NCBI GenBank assembly: GCA_040285745.1
Contig: JAUFOR010000002.1
Coordinates: forward strand, 1,116,001-1,180,000
DNA from: Barthelona sp. PCE
Lineage: Eukaryota
Direction: 5' to 3'
DNA length: 64,000 bases
In this document: in pieces, positions 21,547-32,386 of the stretch
Layout: every line of letters begins with the position of its first letter
Position numbering within the stretch: the first letter of the stretch is position 1
Notes under the pieces: generated by a model
Told to the model about the DNA's origin: nothing
Databases searched by the model: none
The model's input: the letters and a program-made list of their open reading frames with translations, nothing else
Translations under genes and position numbers: made by a program

Positions 21547-22104
21547 CTAAATTGCATATTTTTCTACTATACACTGATTAATGAATTGATCGACGTGTGG
21601 CATCAGTTCTTGGCGGAGAAAAGTATCCGAATGAAGTGATCCTGTCAACAAAATAAAGTTGTGAAAAAATTGTCGTATCATTGAAAATTTCCTATCTGAT
21701 ATCAAATCTAATACATCCATGGTCGGAAATTCATTGCATATAACCAATAAAAATACATTCTCACCCAAAAGCGTTTTGTTTTCCAGAAGGAAGTCAAAAA
21801 TTTCTTCGATATCCGTTGGCTTTCGACCAACTACAATCTGAATCTGAGAATGTAGAAACTCAGCCATAAAGTGTGGTATGTATCCTGTATCGTAAACAAC
21901 AATATTATGTTTTCTTCTGACGATACTAAACGTATTTAAGCCAAAAGTTGGTGTTAATGGGGCAATCGTCTTTTTACCCGTCATGCATTGATCTAAAAGA
22001 TTGAAAACAATGGTTTTGCCCACATTTGAAGTTCCCAAAATCTGTATATAAACATGTGGTCGCTCTGCGAGTCTTTTAATCGATATCTCAAGTAGACTGA
22101 TCAT
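21547..22104 (-). CDS. Divergent Arf/Arl-like small GTPase
   Basis: 185 aa. G1 GTSNVGKT and G2 PTFGLN are present; G3 (YDTGY) and G4 (CNEF) are degenerate. Confidence 0.65.
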   Translation of the reverse strand: MISLLEISIKRLAERPHVYIQILGTSNVGKTIVFNLLDQCMTGKKTIAPLTPTFGLNTFSIVRRKHNIVVYDTGYIPHFMAEFLHSQIQIVVGRKPTDIEEIFDFLLENKTLLGENVFLLVICNEFPTMDVLDLISDRKFSMIRQFFHNFILLTGSLHSDTFLRQELMPHVDQFINQCIVEKYAI

Positions 22105-22171
22105 TTATCGAACTTCACATGATTGAAAAGGGTTGAAAAGTTGTGTTGTTTTGAGTATTACCCCTATCACA
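22105..22171. promoter_or_regulatory. 67-bp putative bidirectional promoter between the Arf-like gene and RPB5
   Basis: Divergent ATGs at 22104 and 22172, with outward-facing motifs CCTTTTC (minus, 22125-22131) and CCCTATC (plus, 22162-22168). Confidence 0.55.
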
Positions 22172-22850
22172 ATGAGCGACGATTACGGAACTTTGTATCG
22201 TGTCTACAAGACTGTCTTGGAGATGCTTGAGGCAAGAGGATATGTCGTTGATGAACAGAAGATGGAAGTATCACTGGATGATTTCATGAGGTATGCATTT
22301 ATATTGTAGCAAACTTTGCACATAACTAACCTTCAGCCTTGCCAGTTCTGAGAATGCCCTACGAAGTGATCTGTCTGAATTCACATTCAAAGCAGACAAT
22401 CAAGACGATAACGTCGTTGTTCTCTTCACAACCGAAACCGTCACATCAAAATACCTCGACGGTGCTATGAAGCTGGTGGATAACAACAATTCTCGCCGAT
22501 GCATCATTGTAACAAAGAATGAGCGTACAATTACCTCCAAGGTCAGGGATAAGATCAGAGAGCTACAGGGTGCCAGACCCGAGCGCAACTTCGTAATTGA
22601 GGTGTTCAAGGAGAGCCAATTGGTCATCAACATCACTAAACATTCCCTTGTCCCCACACACATTCCCTTAACAGAAGAGCAGACCCAGGAGGTCCTCGAC
22701 AAGTATAAGGTTGAGAAGTTCCAGCTGCCCAGAATCAAGAAAGATGATCCTGTGGCGCGATTCTTGGGTTTAGCCAAGATGCAAGTTGTTCGTATTGAAA
22801 GGCCATCTGAAACAGCAGGTCGTTACGTTTCATACAGAGTTGTATGGTAG
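22172..22850 (+). CDS. RPB5: RNA polymerase I/II/III shared subunit RPB5; two exons (22172-22290, 22337-22850), 210 aa
   Basis: Exon 1 LYRVYKTVLEMLEARGY joins in frame to INITKHSLVPTH...QLPRIKKDDPVARFLG...RPSETAGRYVSYRVV. Confidence 0.95.
22291..22336 (+). other. 46-nt spliceosomal intron in RPB5
   Basis: GTATGC...ACTAACCTTCAG; its removal restores a full-length RPB5 reading frame. Confidence 0.92.
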
Positions 22851-22867
22851 ATAATTACATAGAGTTT

Positions 22868-25800
22868 TTATTGAAGAGGAATGCTGAAAAGTAAAATCTC
22901 CCCGTTTGGAGCCTTGATTAAACAAACTTGATGCTCATTATGCTGAACAATAACGTCGTTATACCAGATCTGATCGTTCAGTTCACAATTTCCAATCTGC
23001 CAGTTGCTGAAGTTTGCAATCTCTCCCGTAAGATAGTTATATAAATATAAGTCAAAATTGCGATTGAGAACTCCAAAGTAAAGCACACCATTCAATTTTG
23101 TGAACAAAAGTGAACGGAAAAAGCCATGGAACTCCTTGAACTGTTCAAAATGCAATTGACGAACCAAATTTAATGATTTATGTGCCGCACTGAACTTGAA
23201 AGTGAATACTTTTTCGAACACTGGATTAAACACAACTATTTCTGACTTATAAGGAGAAAAGAATACTTCAGAATTCTTTATCACGTTGACGTCATCAAGA
23301 ACAGGATGCTCAATACTTAGAATATCCGCCAGAATATCTGAGCGAAGACAAAACTCCGACATATGGTCGAAAGAAACAATGTGCGACTTGACTCCACCGA
23401 CAGTTGCTGTCTTCTGCTCCTTTATCTCGAGCTTCCAAAACGATAGTGAACTGGCGATTCGAGAATAAGTTACAAAAACTATAAGGTCTATGTGTTCGGT
23501 TGTGCTTAGATAGTACCGTTCGATAATATCCACTGGGAGACCTTCAACAACCGTTGTCTGCGCTATAACAATACCGCTGTCGGTGTCAATCAAAAACATC
23601 CTTCCGTTCTTAAACGTGACACACATAAGGTATGGGAGTAGAAACTTGACGTTGGTGATGCATGATTTCTCCTTGAGAGAGATCTTATGCGATAATTTGA
23701 GTTCATTCAACAAATTCCATTCGTGAATACGCACTGTCTTGCTCTCAGTTGAGATGGCAAGTTGTAGCTTGTCGTTTCGCAGTGTACTGGCAACACAGAT
23801 ACCCTTCAAAGGCTTCTTCCAGTTGAAGCAGTTGATCAACTGCACGCCATTTCTGAAAATAAACATACATGACCGATAGCAAACAACGACTAGGAAAGAA
23901 TGCTCCGAAAACGGGTGAATGCTTGTATGAATGGGCTTGCCGAAGCGGTTAACCGATGGTAAGACACCAAAAGCGTTCAGTTGAAGCTCGTCCTCGTCAG
24001 AAGTCATGAGATCCTCAGGAAGAGTGAAGCATAATGCTGACCCTGCTGTGAAGTCAAACAGTAGCGCGTCGTGAACATCACAGTAAGCAAGGGTGGTTAT
24101 AATATCCTTGGTTGATACTTTCTGTGTCAGTGCTGACTTGATTGGAACTCTGAACAAACACACGTTGTTTCTGAACGAGAACAGCTCTGCGCCAGATGTC
24201 ACGAAGAGAGCATCCTTCGCCTCGATGTACAAGGCCTGCGAAAGCTCAACGTCTTCATCGATTGTTGCATACAAGTCAACGTGGGTTCGATCAACGACGT
24301 TGTATACAACACCGCGCTTTGAAATGACATTTAACACACCTTTAACTGTGAACGTGTTAACGAGGGTGTCGTCGGCGTCGAGCAGTGACGATCCGTCGAA
24401 AACAACCTGCACATCAACCAGAGCGTCCATGACATTGTAGGTGTAAGAGTACACTGCCATATCGGACACTAAATGGGTACCGATGATACGGTGGATGTTT
24501 GTGCCGGCTGTGAACTGGTATATTGAGCAGAACTCACTTTGCTCAACGTTGAATATCTTAACAGCTTGAGTCATGAGGTACACAATGTACTGTCCATCAA
24601 ACGGCTGGATGTCAATAATCTCCTCTTCGTCACCGACCTGGACGTCAATCGTAGTGGTGAGCGAGTAGTCGCCAACTGTATACACGTACATCCTGTCCTT
24701 GCACACAACATACAGCAGAAGCTCGTCGGGTGACAGGAAGGCTGTAAGGATGTTCTTGCTAACGAACACAGAGCGCTGCAGCGCCAACGATCGATCGAAG
24801 AAAAGAACAGAATCCTGAGTCACCCACAAGACAAAGCTATTGGTCACAAGCAACGAACGGCCCTTACTAGCGAGCAGACACTGGCTGTAATCATAACACG
24901 ACAGGAGGTGAGCCCATTCCGTATTGGTCACGGGAGGGACAGATATCTTCTGCTTAACTCCTTCTGCACCACCATCAATAATCCCTGATGAAAAGCGCGA
25001 TGAACCTGATGATATCTCACTAATATCGTCCGAATCGTAGTCGACACTGTCGATGCTCTCACTTGTATCTTCAACACCCTTACCCATCTTTTGAAGATGC
25101 TCCTTGAATATTGTCTGTAAACGATTAGTCTCTGGCGTGACTTCCTCCTCTGCAGTCTCTTCGGCCTTGGAGTGACGGAATACATCCAACAAGTTCTGAA
25201 CGTTGGGCGTCTCGTCCTCCTCCTCTTCAAGAGTAGAAGGCTGCATGCGTGGTGTCGCCAATAGCATATCTGTGTTCATGCTGTCTGCTTCGTTAGTGAG
25301 GCGCATCTGCACCAGTGTCTTTCCCATCGAAACATACACGCGCTTGCTGTCGCGGGAGCATGATATACCTGTAACTGCAGACGAACTTATCGAATATGTG
25401 CATACGATATCAAGAGAAATGCGGTCGACCAAGACCAGCGTGCCTTCGCTGGAACCTACAATGATGTAGCGCATATTTGGGGTAACCGCTACAACAAAGC
25501 TGCACAGATCATCACTAAATATTGCTCTTTGTTTGATGACTGTGTTGAAATCTGAAGCGACCCTCGCAAGATGACCGTTGTCCAAGCAGACGATGAACTC
25601 ATGGTCGCACTCAATCAGTGACAGAATTGTGCCGCTTGACACTTTGAAAGACGTACGAGGCTCGAGGCTGAGCAAATCAAGCACGATGACCTCACCCATG
25701 CTCACTGTGAATCCACTCAGGAATATGGTTCCATCAACGTGGGCGATTGATGCACGGCTACTGAGGTTTCTGTTCAGGCTCAATGATGCACGGCTCTCCC

Positions 25801-28111
25801 ACTCCAGGTCACTGTCCAAGAGACTTATGAAGCCTGCGGTTGTTACGGCCACCAACACAAAGCGGCGCTCGCTGACAGGAACCAGCTTCACAGAACAAAT
25901 GGGCTGAGGAGGCATATCACCGAAAGAAAGAACAAAATGATTTAAAATGCTTCGCCTACGAACATCAATGATACTAATCGTGCCGGATTCAAAGCCCAAC
26001 ACTATAATGTTACCACAAGTGTCCATACAACGAGATGAATCAACAACGGTGCTATCCAGTGGCACAAGACCCATGGTCGTTACACACTCATGACTATCTC
26101 CGTCATATATCGTAACCTGCGTCCCTGTGTTGATGATACAATTATCCAACGATGATCCAATGTGCAAGATGTCGTTCTCCGATGCGTTAATGACGTTTGA
26201 GACTGTGGACTCATTCACTGTCTTTGTCAGCAACATCACACTACCTACATCGTCACATATAACCAACTGCCCGGTGGGGATAAACGAACAATCTCTGGGA
26301 ACATGCTTAAGTTCGGTTTCTAACAGTACGCTCTTGAAGTCTGCGCTCCATAGTCGCACAAAGCAGTCATCTCCATAAGATAAAATGTGTCCATCAATTA
26401 ACGAGACACCTCGCACTGCGCCGTCGTTATGGACGCGCACCATGCACTGCAGCGATTTGGTGACCGGTGAGAGCAGCAGGATATGGCCGTTGGTGAGTCC
26501 AACATACAGCATATTTTCAGCAACTAGATTATCTAACGAACAAGGTCCACTTGCCACTGAACAGAACTTGGTCTTTAATCGGCGCCCGAGCGTGCTTTCC
26601 ACGATATTGTGGTGTTTGAATAGGCCGTGTTGGGTAGGACGGAAGACGGCAACGGAATAATCAAAAACTGCTATAACCATTGGCAGGTAAGAATTCGAAG
26701 ACATAAAGCACACATCACGTACACGATCCGTTGAGCTGCCCTTATGCGTTATCTTAATTGGACTCAACAAAGTGGTGCAGTACATGCCCAGCGACATCTT
26801 GTTTGATGCAAGCGATGATGTCAGCGATTGAACCTGCGTCACAGAAGACTCGTATGCAGAAGTTAAATCGACCAGCTCAAATAGGCTAGATCCCGTTTTG
26901 GAATAACCAACGAGAAGCATGAATGTGCCCATATCAGTTTCATGAATTTTTGCTGTTTTCAAAGCGGAGATTGAGCTGTTCAAAACAAATGATGGTGAAA
27001 AGTGGCTGTTCTTTGGCAATTGTAACCCCTCACCAAGCATCTCGTTGTTGTAATGACGCTCGAGTGCGTTAGGGTCAAAAAGCCATACTCGACAATCACA
27101 TTTAGCTGTGAAGGTAAATACAATCTTAAAAGGCACTAATTTACCACGAACAGGGATCTTAAGGATCTTCTCCGGACACAAAACGGTTGTGATTGTGTCT
27201 GAATTCGAAAACACACAAATCTGTTTGTTGGTTGAGATGTTCAACATAATAAGATGATGATTACATCCAAACAACACAATATTCTTTGAGAAATGGACTA
27301 CCTTAGATGTACAGTTATAGAAATAATCAAAATCAATCAAATTGACCTGACTATTTGTTTTTTTCTCAAGCGCCTTTTGCTGCTTCCGAAGTAACCCCAA
27401 CAAAGAATCTGGCTTCACCGCTGCTTTACGTTTCTGGAGCTTTGAGAATCTCTTGGATAGTTCATGACTGGAGATTCGTGCGTCTCCTTTCCCTTTGAAC
27501 CGTTCCAATATTCCCTCTTTAGATTTCTTACCAATCCATTTAATAGGCTCTGTGATATTGGAGTCGGGTTTGAACAGCCAGAAGAGGCGTGGGCTGTTCA
27601 AGGGTGTGTAATAATTGTTCGAAGTGAACAAACCATGCAAATAACAACATGCATTAACTTGAATCTTCTTAATACCAGAGTATGTAAGATTCAAGTGCTT
27701 CTTCAGTGTTGTCTTCAAGTCCATGATCACAAACTGCCAATTTGTATGCTCTGATTCAATGGGAATAAAGCGAAATTGTAATGATAAAGGATCGATTTTT
27801 TGTCTGGAATACATATTCGAAAAACTAACTCTTATAAGCGCCCCATTGTCCGCTAAAACCTGCAAATGTACAACAAATGTTCTATTAGGAATGGGGAGAA
27901 TAGTTGCATAGAAAAATCGTCCTGTGAGCAACATCGACTCATCGTCCCTTGGTACCTTGACGTACGTGTTGGATGGAAGGTTAGAGAACAATTTGTGAAC
28001 CATCCTCTTAGTTTGAGGTTCCTGAACGCGAGTTACTGATCCTTCCTTGTCCATAATTGGCCCGAATCGGCGCAATACATCTACAAACGGGGATTGTAAT
28101 GGGTCGTCCAT
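22868..28111 (-). CDS. WDR90: WDR90/POC16-like centriolar protein (N-terminal CFAP20/DUF667-like domain plus WD40 repeats)
   Basis: MDDPLQSPFVDVLRRF...LLTGRFFY...FVVHLQV...IRVSFSNMY...LQF matches the WDR90 N-terminus, followed by multiple beta-propeller regions. ATG at 28111. Confidence 0.75.
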   Translation of the reverse strand: MDDPLQSPFVDVLRRFGPIMDKEGSVTRVQEPQTKRMVHKLFSNLPSNTYVKVPRDDESMLLTGRFFYATILPIPNRTFVVHLQVLADNGALIRVSFSNMYSRQKIDPLSLQFRFIPIESEHTNWQFVIMDLKTTLKKHLNLTYSGIKKIQVNACCYLHGLFTSNNYYTPLNSPRLFWLFKPDSNITEPIKWIGKKSKEGILERFKGKGDARISSHELSKRFSKLQKRKAAVKPDSLLGLLRKQQKALEKKTNSQVNLIDFDYFYNCTSKVVHFSKNIVLFGCNHHLIMLNISTNKQICVFSNSDTITTVLCPEKILKIPVRGKLVPFKIVFTFTAKCDCRVWLFDPNALERHYNNEMLGEGLQLPKNSHFSPSFVLNSSISALKTAKIHETDMGTFMLLVGYSKTGSSLFELVDLTSAYESSVTQVQSLTSSLASNKMSLGMYCTTLLSPIKITHKGSSTDRVRDVCFMSSNSYLPMVIAVFDYSVAVFRPTQHGLFKHHNIVESTLGRRLKTKFCSVASGPCSLDNLVAENMLYVGLTNGHILLLSPVTKSLQCMVRVHNDGAVRGVSLIDGHILSYGDDCFVRLWSADFKSVLLETELKHVPRDCSFIPTGQLVICDDVGSVMLLTKTVNESTVSNVINASENDILHIGSSLDNCIINTGTQVTIYDGDSHECVTTMGLVPLDSTVVDSSRCMDTCGNIIVLGFESGTISIIDVRRRSILNHFVLSFGDMPPQPICSVKLVPVSERRFVLVAVTTAGFISLLDSDLEWESRASLSLNRNLSSRASIAHVDGTIFLSGFTVSMGEVIVLDLLSLEPRTSFKVSSGTILSLIECDHEFIVCLDNGHLARVASDFNTVIKQRAIFSDDLCSFVVAVTPNMRYIIVGSSEGTLVLVDRISLDIVCTYSISSSAVTGISCSRDSKRVYVSMGKTLVQMRLTNEADSMNTDMLLATPRMQPSTLEEEEDETPNVQNLLDVFRHSKAEETAEEEVTPETNRLQTIFKEHLQKMGKGVEDTSESIDSVDYDSDDISEISSGSSRFSSGIIDGGAEGVKQKISVPPVTNTEWAHLLSCYDYSQCLLASKGRSLLVTNSFVLWVTQDSVLFFDRSLALQRSVFVSKNILTAFLSPDELLLYVVCKDRMYVYTVGDYSLTTTIDVQVGDEEEIIDIQPFDGQYIVYLMTQAVKIFNVEQSEFCSIYQFTAGTNIHRIIGTHLVSDMAVYSYTYNVMDALVDVQVVFDGSSLLDADDTLVNTFTVKGVLNVISKRGVVYNVVDRTHVDLYATIDEDVELSQALYIEAKDALFVTSGAELFSFRNNVCLFRVPIKSALTQKVSTKDIITTLAYCDVHDALLFDFTAGSALCFTLPEDLMTSDEDELQLNAFGVLPSVNRFGKPIHTSIHPFSEHSFLVVVCYRSCMFIFRNGVQLINCFNWKKPLKGICVASTLRNDKLQLAISTESKTVRIHEWNLLNELKLSHKISLKEKSCITNVKFLLPYLMCVTFKNGRMFLIDTDSGIVIAQTTVVEGLPVDIIERYYLSTTEHIDLIVFVTYSRIASSLSFWKLEIKEQKTATVGGVKSHIVSFDHMSEFCLRSDILADILSIEHPVLDDVNVIKNSEVFFSPYKSEIVVFNPVFEKVFTFKFSAAHKSLNLVRQLHFEQFKEFHGFFRSLLFTKLNGVLYFGVLNRNFDLYLYNYLTGEIANFSNWQIGNCELNDQIWYNDVIVQHNEHQVCLIKAPNGEILLFSIPLQ

Positions 28112-28397
28112 GTTCCCCGGTACGATTAACGATTGCGAAAAGAGAGAAAAGAGGAAAACGTTTCTCACAACAGTCTTCATCGGTAAATGATCAACTGTTG
28201 GCACTTTACACAACCTAAGACAGCTGCGGTACTACAAAAAACCAAACCGCAAGGTAAAAAGTCCACAAAAACACCATTTTCTTCTATATACACTATTAGT
28301 GTCTGTACAATTAATACAGTGGACATTTGTTTGAAGTCACATTGATTTGATATGGTTAATTATCAAATGTGTATTCTGATAACTTGTAATACAATTC

Positions 28398-30680
28398 ATG
28401 TCTTATACACCGAATAGAATGCCTCATTCGCATTCTACTCCTCTAAATAGCAGGAGAACGCCAACGAGGCCAAAGTCACGCCCAAGTTCGCGTCCAAATT
28501 CACGACTGAAGCGATCTGAAATTCGTTCAAGCGAACCACTCTCTTTGGAGCTGGCTTTCATTGAGCGTTTGACAGGACAGCTAACCCAAGCACACCAGGG
28601 CCTATCAAATCTTCTTCTTTCACACCAAAGTCTTTTAGATTCAGCAGAAGATGATGCTCAATTGGTTGAGGACATTGATTTCGTAAGTGAACTTCTACTG
28701 AGAGCTTCTAAATGTCAGGTGGGCAAGTTTTGGCAGCGTCTTGCAACGTTATCACAGGACGAATCAGGAAAACAATCACAAAAGCTCAGTAATCTTCTTA
28801 CAAACCTTACAGAAACGCGTGAAGACCTGTTGCAAGACCACGCCCAGTACGAAGATAATGAGCAGGACGAGAATCATTCGGGTGTGAAGAAAAACATCGA
28901 GTTGTACATTTCAAAGAGCATGATCGTTCGCCAGCGACTTGCAGATCTCAGAACAGAGGTCACAGACGATATTCTAAGCAATACAGATTTCCTAGTGGCT
29001 TATAAGAGCTTAGAAGATCAAGTGACAGAGATCAATGATGCAATCACCCATTTGGTGGAAAAGTTGGAGAATGAGGACACAATCGGCAACGTAAACCTGT
29101 TTAGGCGGTATGTTCGCATCCTTGAGGAGCTGGAAAGCAGTGCTATCACCGCAGAAGACTGTGCATTTCACTTACAACAGGAAAATCCATTTGCAATCGT
29201 TTCAAGTAATAAGGATCCCGAAACAATGTCTATGAAGGAGCTTAAGAATGAAAACCAGCAATTATTGACACAATTACACTTAGTTGAGTCGGAGTTCAAG
29301 CAGTTCAAGACCAATAGCAGAAGGAGATGTGCGGACTGCCGTGTATGGGAGCAGAAGGTGAACTCTTTGCGTAGGGAGATTTCACAGTTAAAGCAGGACA
29401 AATCAGTATTGGAGCTTGAAAACCAAGGTCTGGCTGCGACTTCCCCTGCTAAGCGGACAACACCGAAGCGCAACAGCATAGCAAATACATCTTCGCGTAA
29501 GACCCCTTCGTCGGCTGCAATTGCACGTGGACACCATCATAGCACTCCGAGTTCTTCTGTTCGTCGACCGAAGAGGCAGAGCACTCCCGAACTTTTAAGC
29601 GAGACGGAGTATCAGCAATTGGTCGTGGGAAGTCTTTCGCAGCATATGGACGCAGTGACGTGTCTGGACCTGGACTATGGTGAACCCAGTCGGTTCATCA
29701 CGGGCTCAGCCGATAACACCTTGAGACTGTGGCGGACAGCAGAGCGAGATCCTGAGACTGGTATGTTCGGTCAGCGCGCATTAGCGGATGATGGAATTTG
29801 TGAGGCGATTGGTGTTCTAAAAGGTCACACCGACTCTATAACCGATGTCAGTATGCACCGCTTCTCTTCTCATGTAGCGTCGGTCTCTGAGGACAGAACG
29901 TTGAGGCTGTGGGGCATCGGACCAGAGGATGAAAACGGTGAAATGCCCACTGTGTCCAACATTGGTATGCTCAAGCTAAGTGGAAGCGTTTCAAACTGCT
30001 GCTTGTTCAGCCCTTATCCTCAGGACTATGACATGCTCGCCATTGGTGGGTACAAGGTTGTCAGCTTCGTGGATACCACACAGGACACATTGGTGAATTC
30101 CATCAACGCTCACACGCTGAGTGTATATGACATGTGTTTTAATGCCAATAGTAGTGTTTTGGCCACGTGTTCAGACGATAAACATGTGAAATTGTTTGAT
30201 TATCGTAGCAGAGAGTGCATTTTTGATAAGAATCTTCGTACTTGGTTGTTTTCTGTTGATTTCAGTCCTACCGGTAACCATTTTGCTGTCGGTGGCCACA
30301 ATGGCAAGATCACCATCTTTGATTGGCGTGCTGGAAAGGTGTTTGATGAAATCATCACTTCACATGACAGTGCACGTGTAGTGCGATTTGCTTCAGATGA
30401 AATACTTCTCTCTGGTGGTCAGGATATGAACGTTAAGATCTGGGATATCACGAAGAACCAGTGCACGCATTGTATTCCTGGACATCGAGCTACAGTCAAG
30501 GATATCCTTTATAATCCACACGATTCTCTACTTATAAGTTGTGGCTGTGACAAGCTTGTCAGACTGTTTGACTCGCGAGAGTTGGTCCCTCAGGACATGT
30601 ACGCATATAATTCTGAGACGGAGGAAGAGATAGATGATGTGCCGAATGATATTCACGAACACGATTCACCTATGATGTAA
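28398..30680 (+). CDS. Coiled-coil plus C-terminal WD40-repeat protein
   Basis: Clear GH...WD-type repeats (ITGSADNTLRLW, GHTDSITDV, SVSEDRTLRLW, CSDDKHVKLFD, SGGQDMNVKIWD) after a Ser/Arg-rich head and a coiled coil. Confidence 0.85.
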   Translation: MSYTPNRMPHSHSTPLNSRRTPTRPKSRPSSRPNSRLKRSEIRSSEPLSLELAFIERLTGQLTQAHQGLSNLLLSHQSLLDSAEDDAQLVEDIDFVSELLLRASKCQVGKFWQRLATLSQDESGKQSQKLSNLLTNLTETREDLLQDHAQYEDNEQDENHSGVKKNIELYISKSMIVRQRLADLRTEVTDDILSNTDFLVAYKSLEDQVTEINDAITHLVEKLENEDTIGNVNLFRRYVRILEELESSAITAEDCAFHLQQENPFAIVSSNKDPETMSMKELKNENQQLLTQLHLVESEFKQFKTNSRRRCADCRVWEQKVNSLRREISQLKQDKSVLELENQGLAATSPAKRTTPKRNSIANTSSRKTPSSAAIARGHHHSTPSSSVRRPKRQSTPELLSETEYQQLVVGSLSQHMDAVTCLDLDYGEPSRFITGSADNTLRLWRTAERDPETGMFGQRALADDGICEAIGVLKGHTDSITDVSMHRFSSHVASVSEDRTLRLWGIGPEDENGEMPTVSNIGMLKLSGSVSNCCLFSPYPQDYDMLAIGGYKVVSFVDTTQDTLVNSINAHTLSVYDMCFNANSSVLATCSDDKHVKLFDYRSRECIFDKNLRTWLFSVDFSPTGNHFAVGGHNGKITIFDWRAGKVFDEIITSHDSARVVRFASDEILLSGGQDMNVKIWDITKNQCTHCIPGHRATVKDILYNPHDSLLISCGCDKLVRLFDSRELVPQDMYAYNSETEEEIDDVPNDIHEHDSPMM

Positions 30681-30802
30681 AGCTATCGCATTTATGGACT
30701 GCATTTTGGTTATGTGACCAATTTACAGGATTGAAGCAGTTAGAATGCTATATTGACTTGGAATTCCTTTTCTCACCTTCTTCAAACTAATTTTCTTTTA
30801 AT

Positions 30803-31735
30803 ATGTTCAAGAGGAAACTGCTACATTGGGCCGTTATGTTTTTTAACTTTGCCCTCTTCGCCTGTATTTTAACAGCAGCGATTTGTAATTCTGTGACAAA
30901 AAATTCTCTAGGTAAATTGTGGGTTGAACAGACTCAGGCTGGCTGCGTATCTGATGATAACTGTTTTTGTGAATTAGATAGACGCACAGACTTCTTGCGC
31001 CAACGCACCAATTCTATAACCTCACTCTTTTTTAATTTGACGGCTTTTTTCGTCCAGTTATTCACTCAAAATCAATTCAAAAAGCGGAAAAACACAATGA
31101 TTCCGTGCTTTGGAACATCTGCAATTTTCGCACTCACAAATGTTCTTCTCGGTTTCGGTTCTTTCACCTATCATGCAACGCTCACCCTCTGGGGGGAGAT
31201 CATTGATGGGATAGGAATGCATATGGTAGGGTTTTATCTCCTAATATTATCAGTTTTTCGAATTCTTTCACTAAATATCAAATCTGACACTAATAGACTC
31301 CAAAAAGCCTTATTCAGGACCACTTTGCTCACATTCATCGCAATATGTGTAATATATTTCTTTAAGCAGAAGTGGGGTCGTTTAACATGGTACATTTTAG
31401 CCTTTAATATCATTGTATCGTGCATAATTGAGGTCTTTTTCCACAAAAGAGTCGGAAACCCAAACGCAAAGTACTATTTCATCAGTTTATGTTTTGTCAT
31501 TATTGCATTTGTCATCTGGTTGCTTGATTTCAATAGAATTCTGTGTGACAGGTCGTTTATTATTAATGGCCATGGCTTTTGGCACCTTTTTCTAAGCCTG
31601 TCCACCGCATTTATTCACATGAATTATACATTGAATGTACCAAGACCTTATACTTTGAGTGCTAAGGGATTGGACACTGTTCTCACCATTGAACTCCCAG
31701 AGCCCATAATCTCTATTTCGCTTAGTAAACTTTAA
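30803..31735 (+). CDS. Alkaline ceramidase-like 7-TM hydrolase (CREST superfamily)
   Basis: FCE motif, SxxxH (GSFTYH), a conserved Asp, HxxWH (HGFWH) and several hydrophobic helices. Confidence 0.8.
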   Translation: MFKRKLLHWAVMFFNFALFACILTAAICNSVTKNSLGKLWVEQTQAGCVSDDNCFCELDRRTDFLRQRTNSITSLFFNLTAFFVQLFTQNQFKKRKNTMIPCFGTSAIFALTNVLLGFGSFTYHATLTLWGEIIDGIGMHMVGFYLLILSVFRILSLNIKSDTNRLQKALFRTTLLTFIAICVIYFFKQKWGRLTWYILAFNIIVSCIIEVFFHKRVGNPNAKYYFISLCFVIIAFVIWLLDFNRILCDRSFIINGHGFWHLFLSLSTAFIHMNYTLNVPRPYTLSAKGLDTVLTIELPEPIISISLSKL

Positions 31736-32386
31736 CACAAGTAATATGAAAATTTTTAGGAAATTTTTGAATTTGATATACCAATTTTTCTTTGTAAAAT
31801 ATTCACAAAAGAACAACTATTTCCAATAAAGAATTAACTTATGATAATATAACTGCTTTATTGTGCTTTTACGTAGAGAAAAATTTTATTAGTCCAATCA
31901 AAAAAACATAAAGAGGGTGTGGAAAATAACAAGGACGCAATGATATCATCATTATTGGAGAAAGGAAAAATGAAAGCCTGATACTTTTCAAATTTTTAAA
32001 TCATAAGTTTATGGAATATTATTGGATAAATATGCTTTGTTATGGTATGATTATAAAAAAACATTAGAGTATAAACCACGAAAAGTGATTGAGATGGCAG
32101 AAATCAGAAACTAGTCGTGTTTTTGTTTATTCATTATTAAATTGACTAAACTATTTGTAAAGTAACACAAAAAGATGGGTGAATAAATGGAAAAGGAAAA
32201 AACATTGATGTTGGCAATAAAAATTGTAAGAAATTTCCCGGCTTTATCACTATTGTTCGGAATACAGTTAATTATGTTTTTAAAGCCCCATTTATGTCAC
32301 ATTTACAGTATTTTAGCTGTATCTATTTTACCAAAATTCTGTTTTACAGCTTTATTCTCTTTTCTATATCATCTGGCATATAAAGA

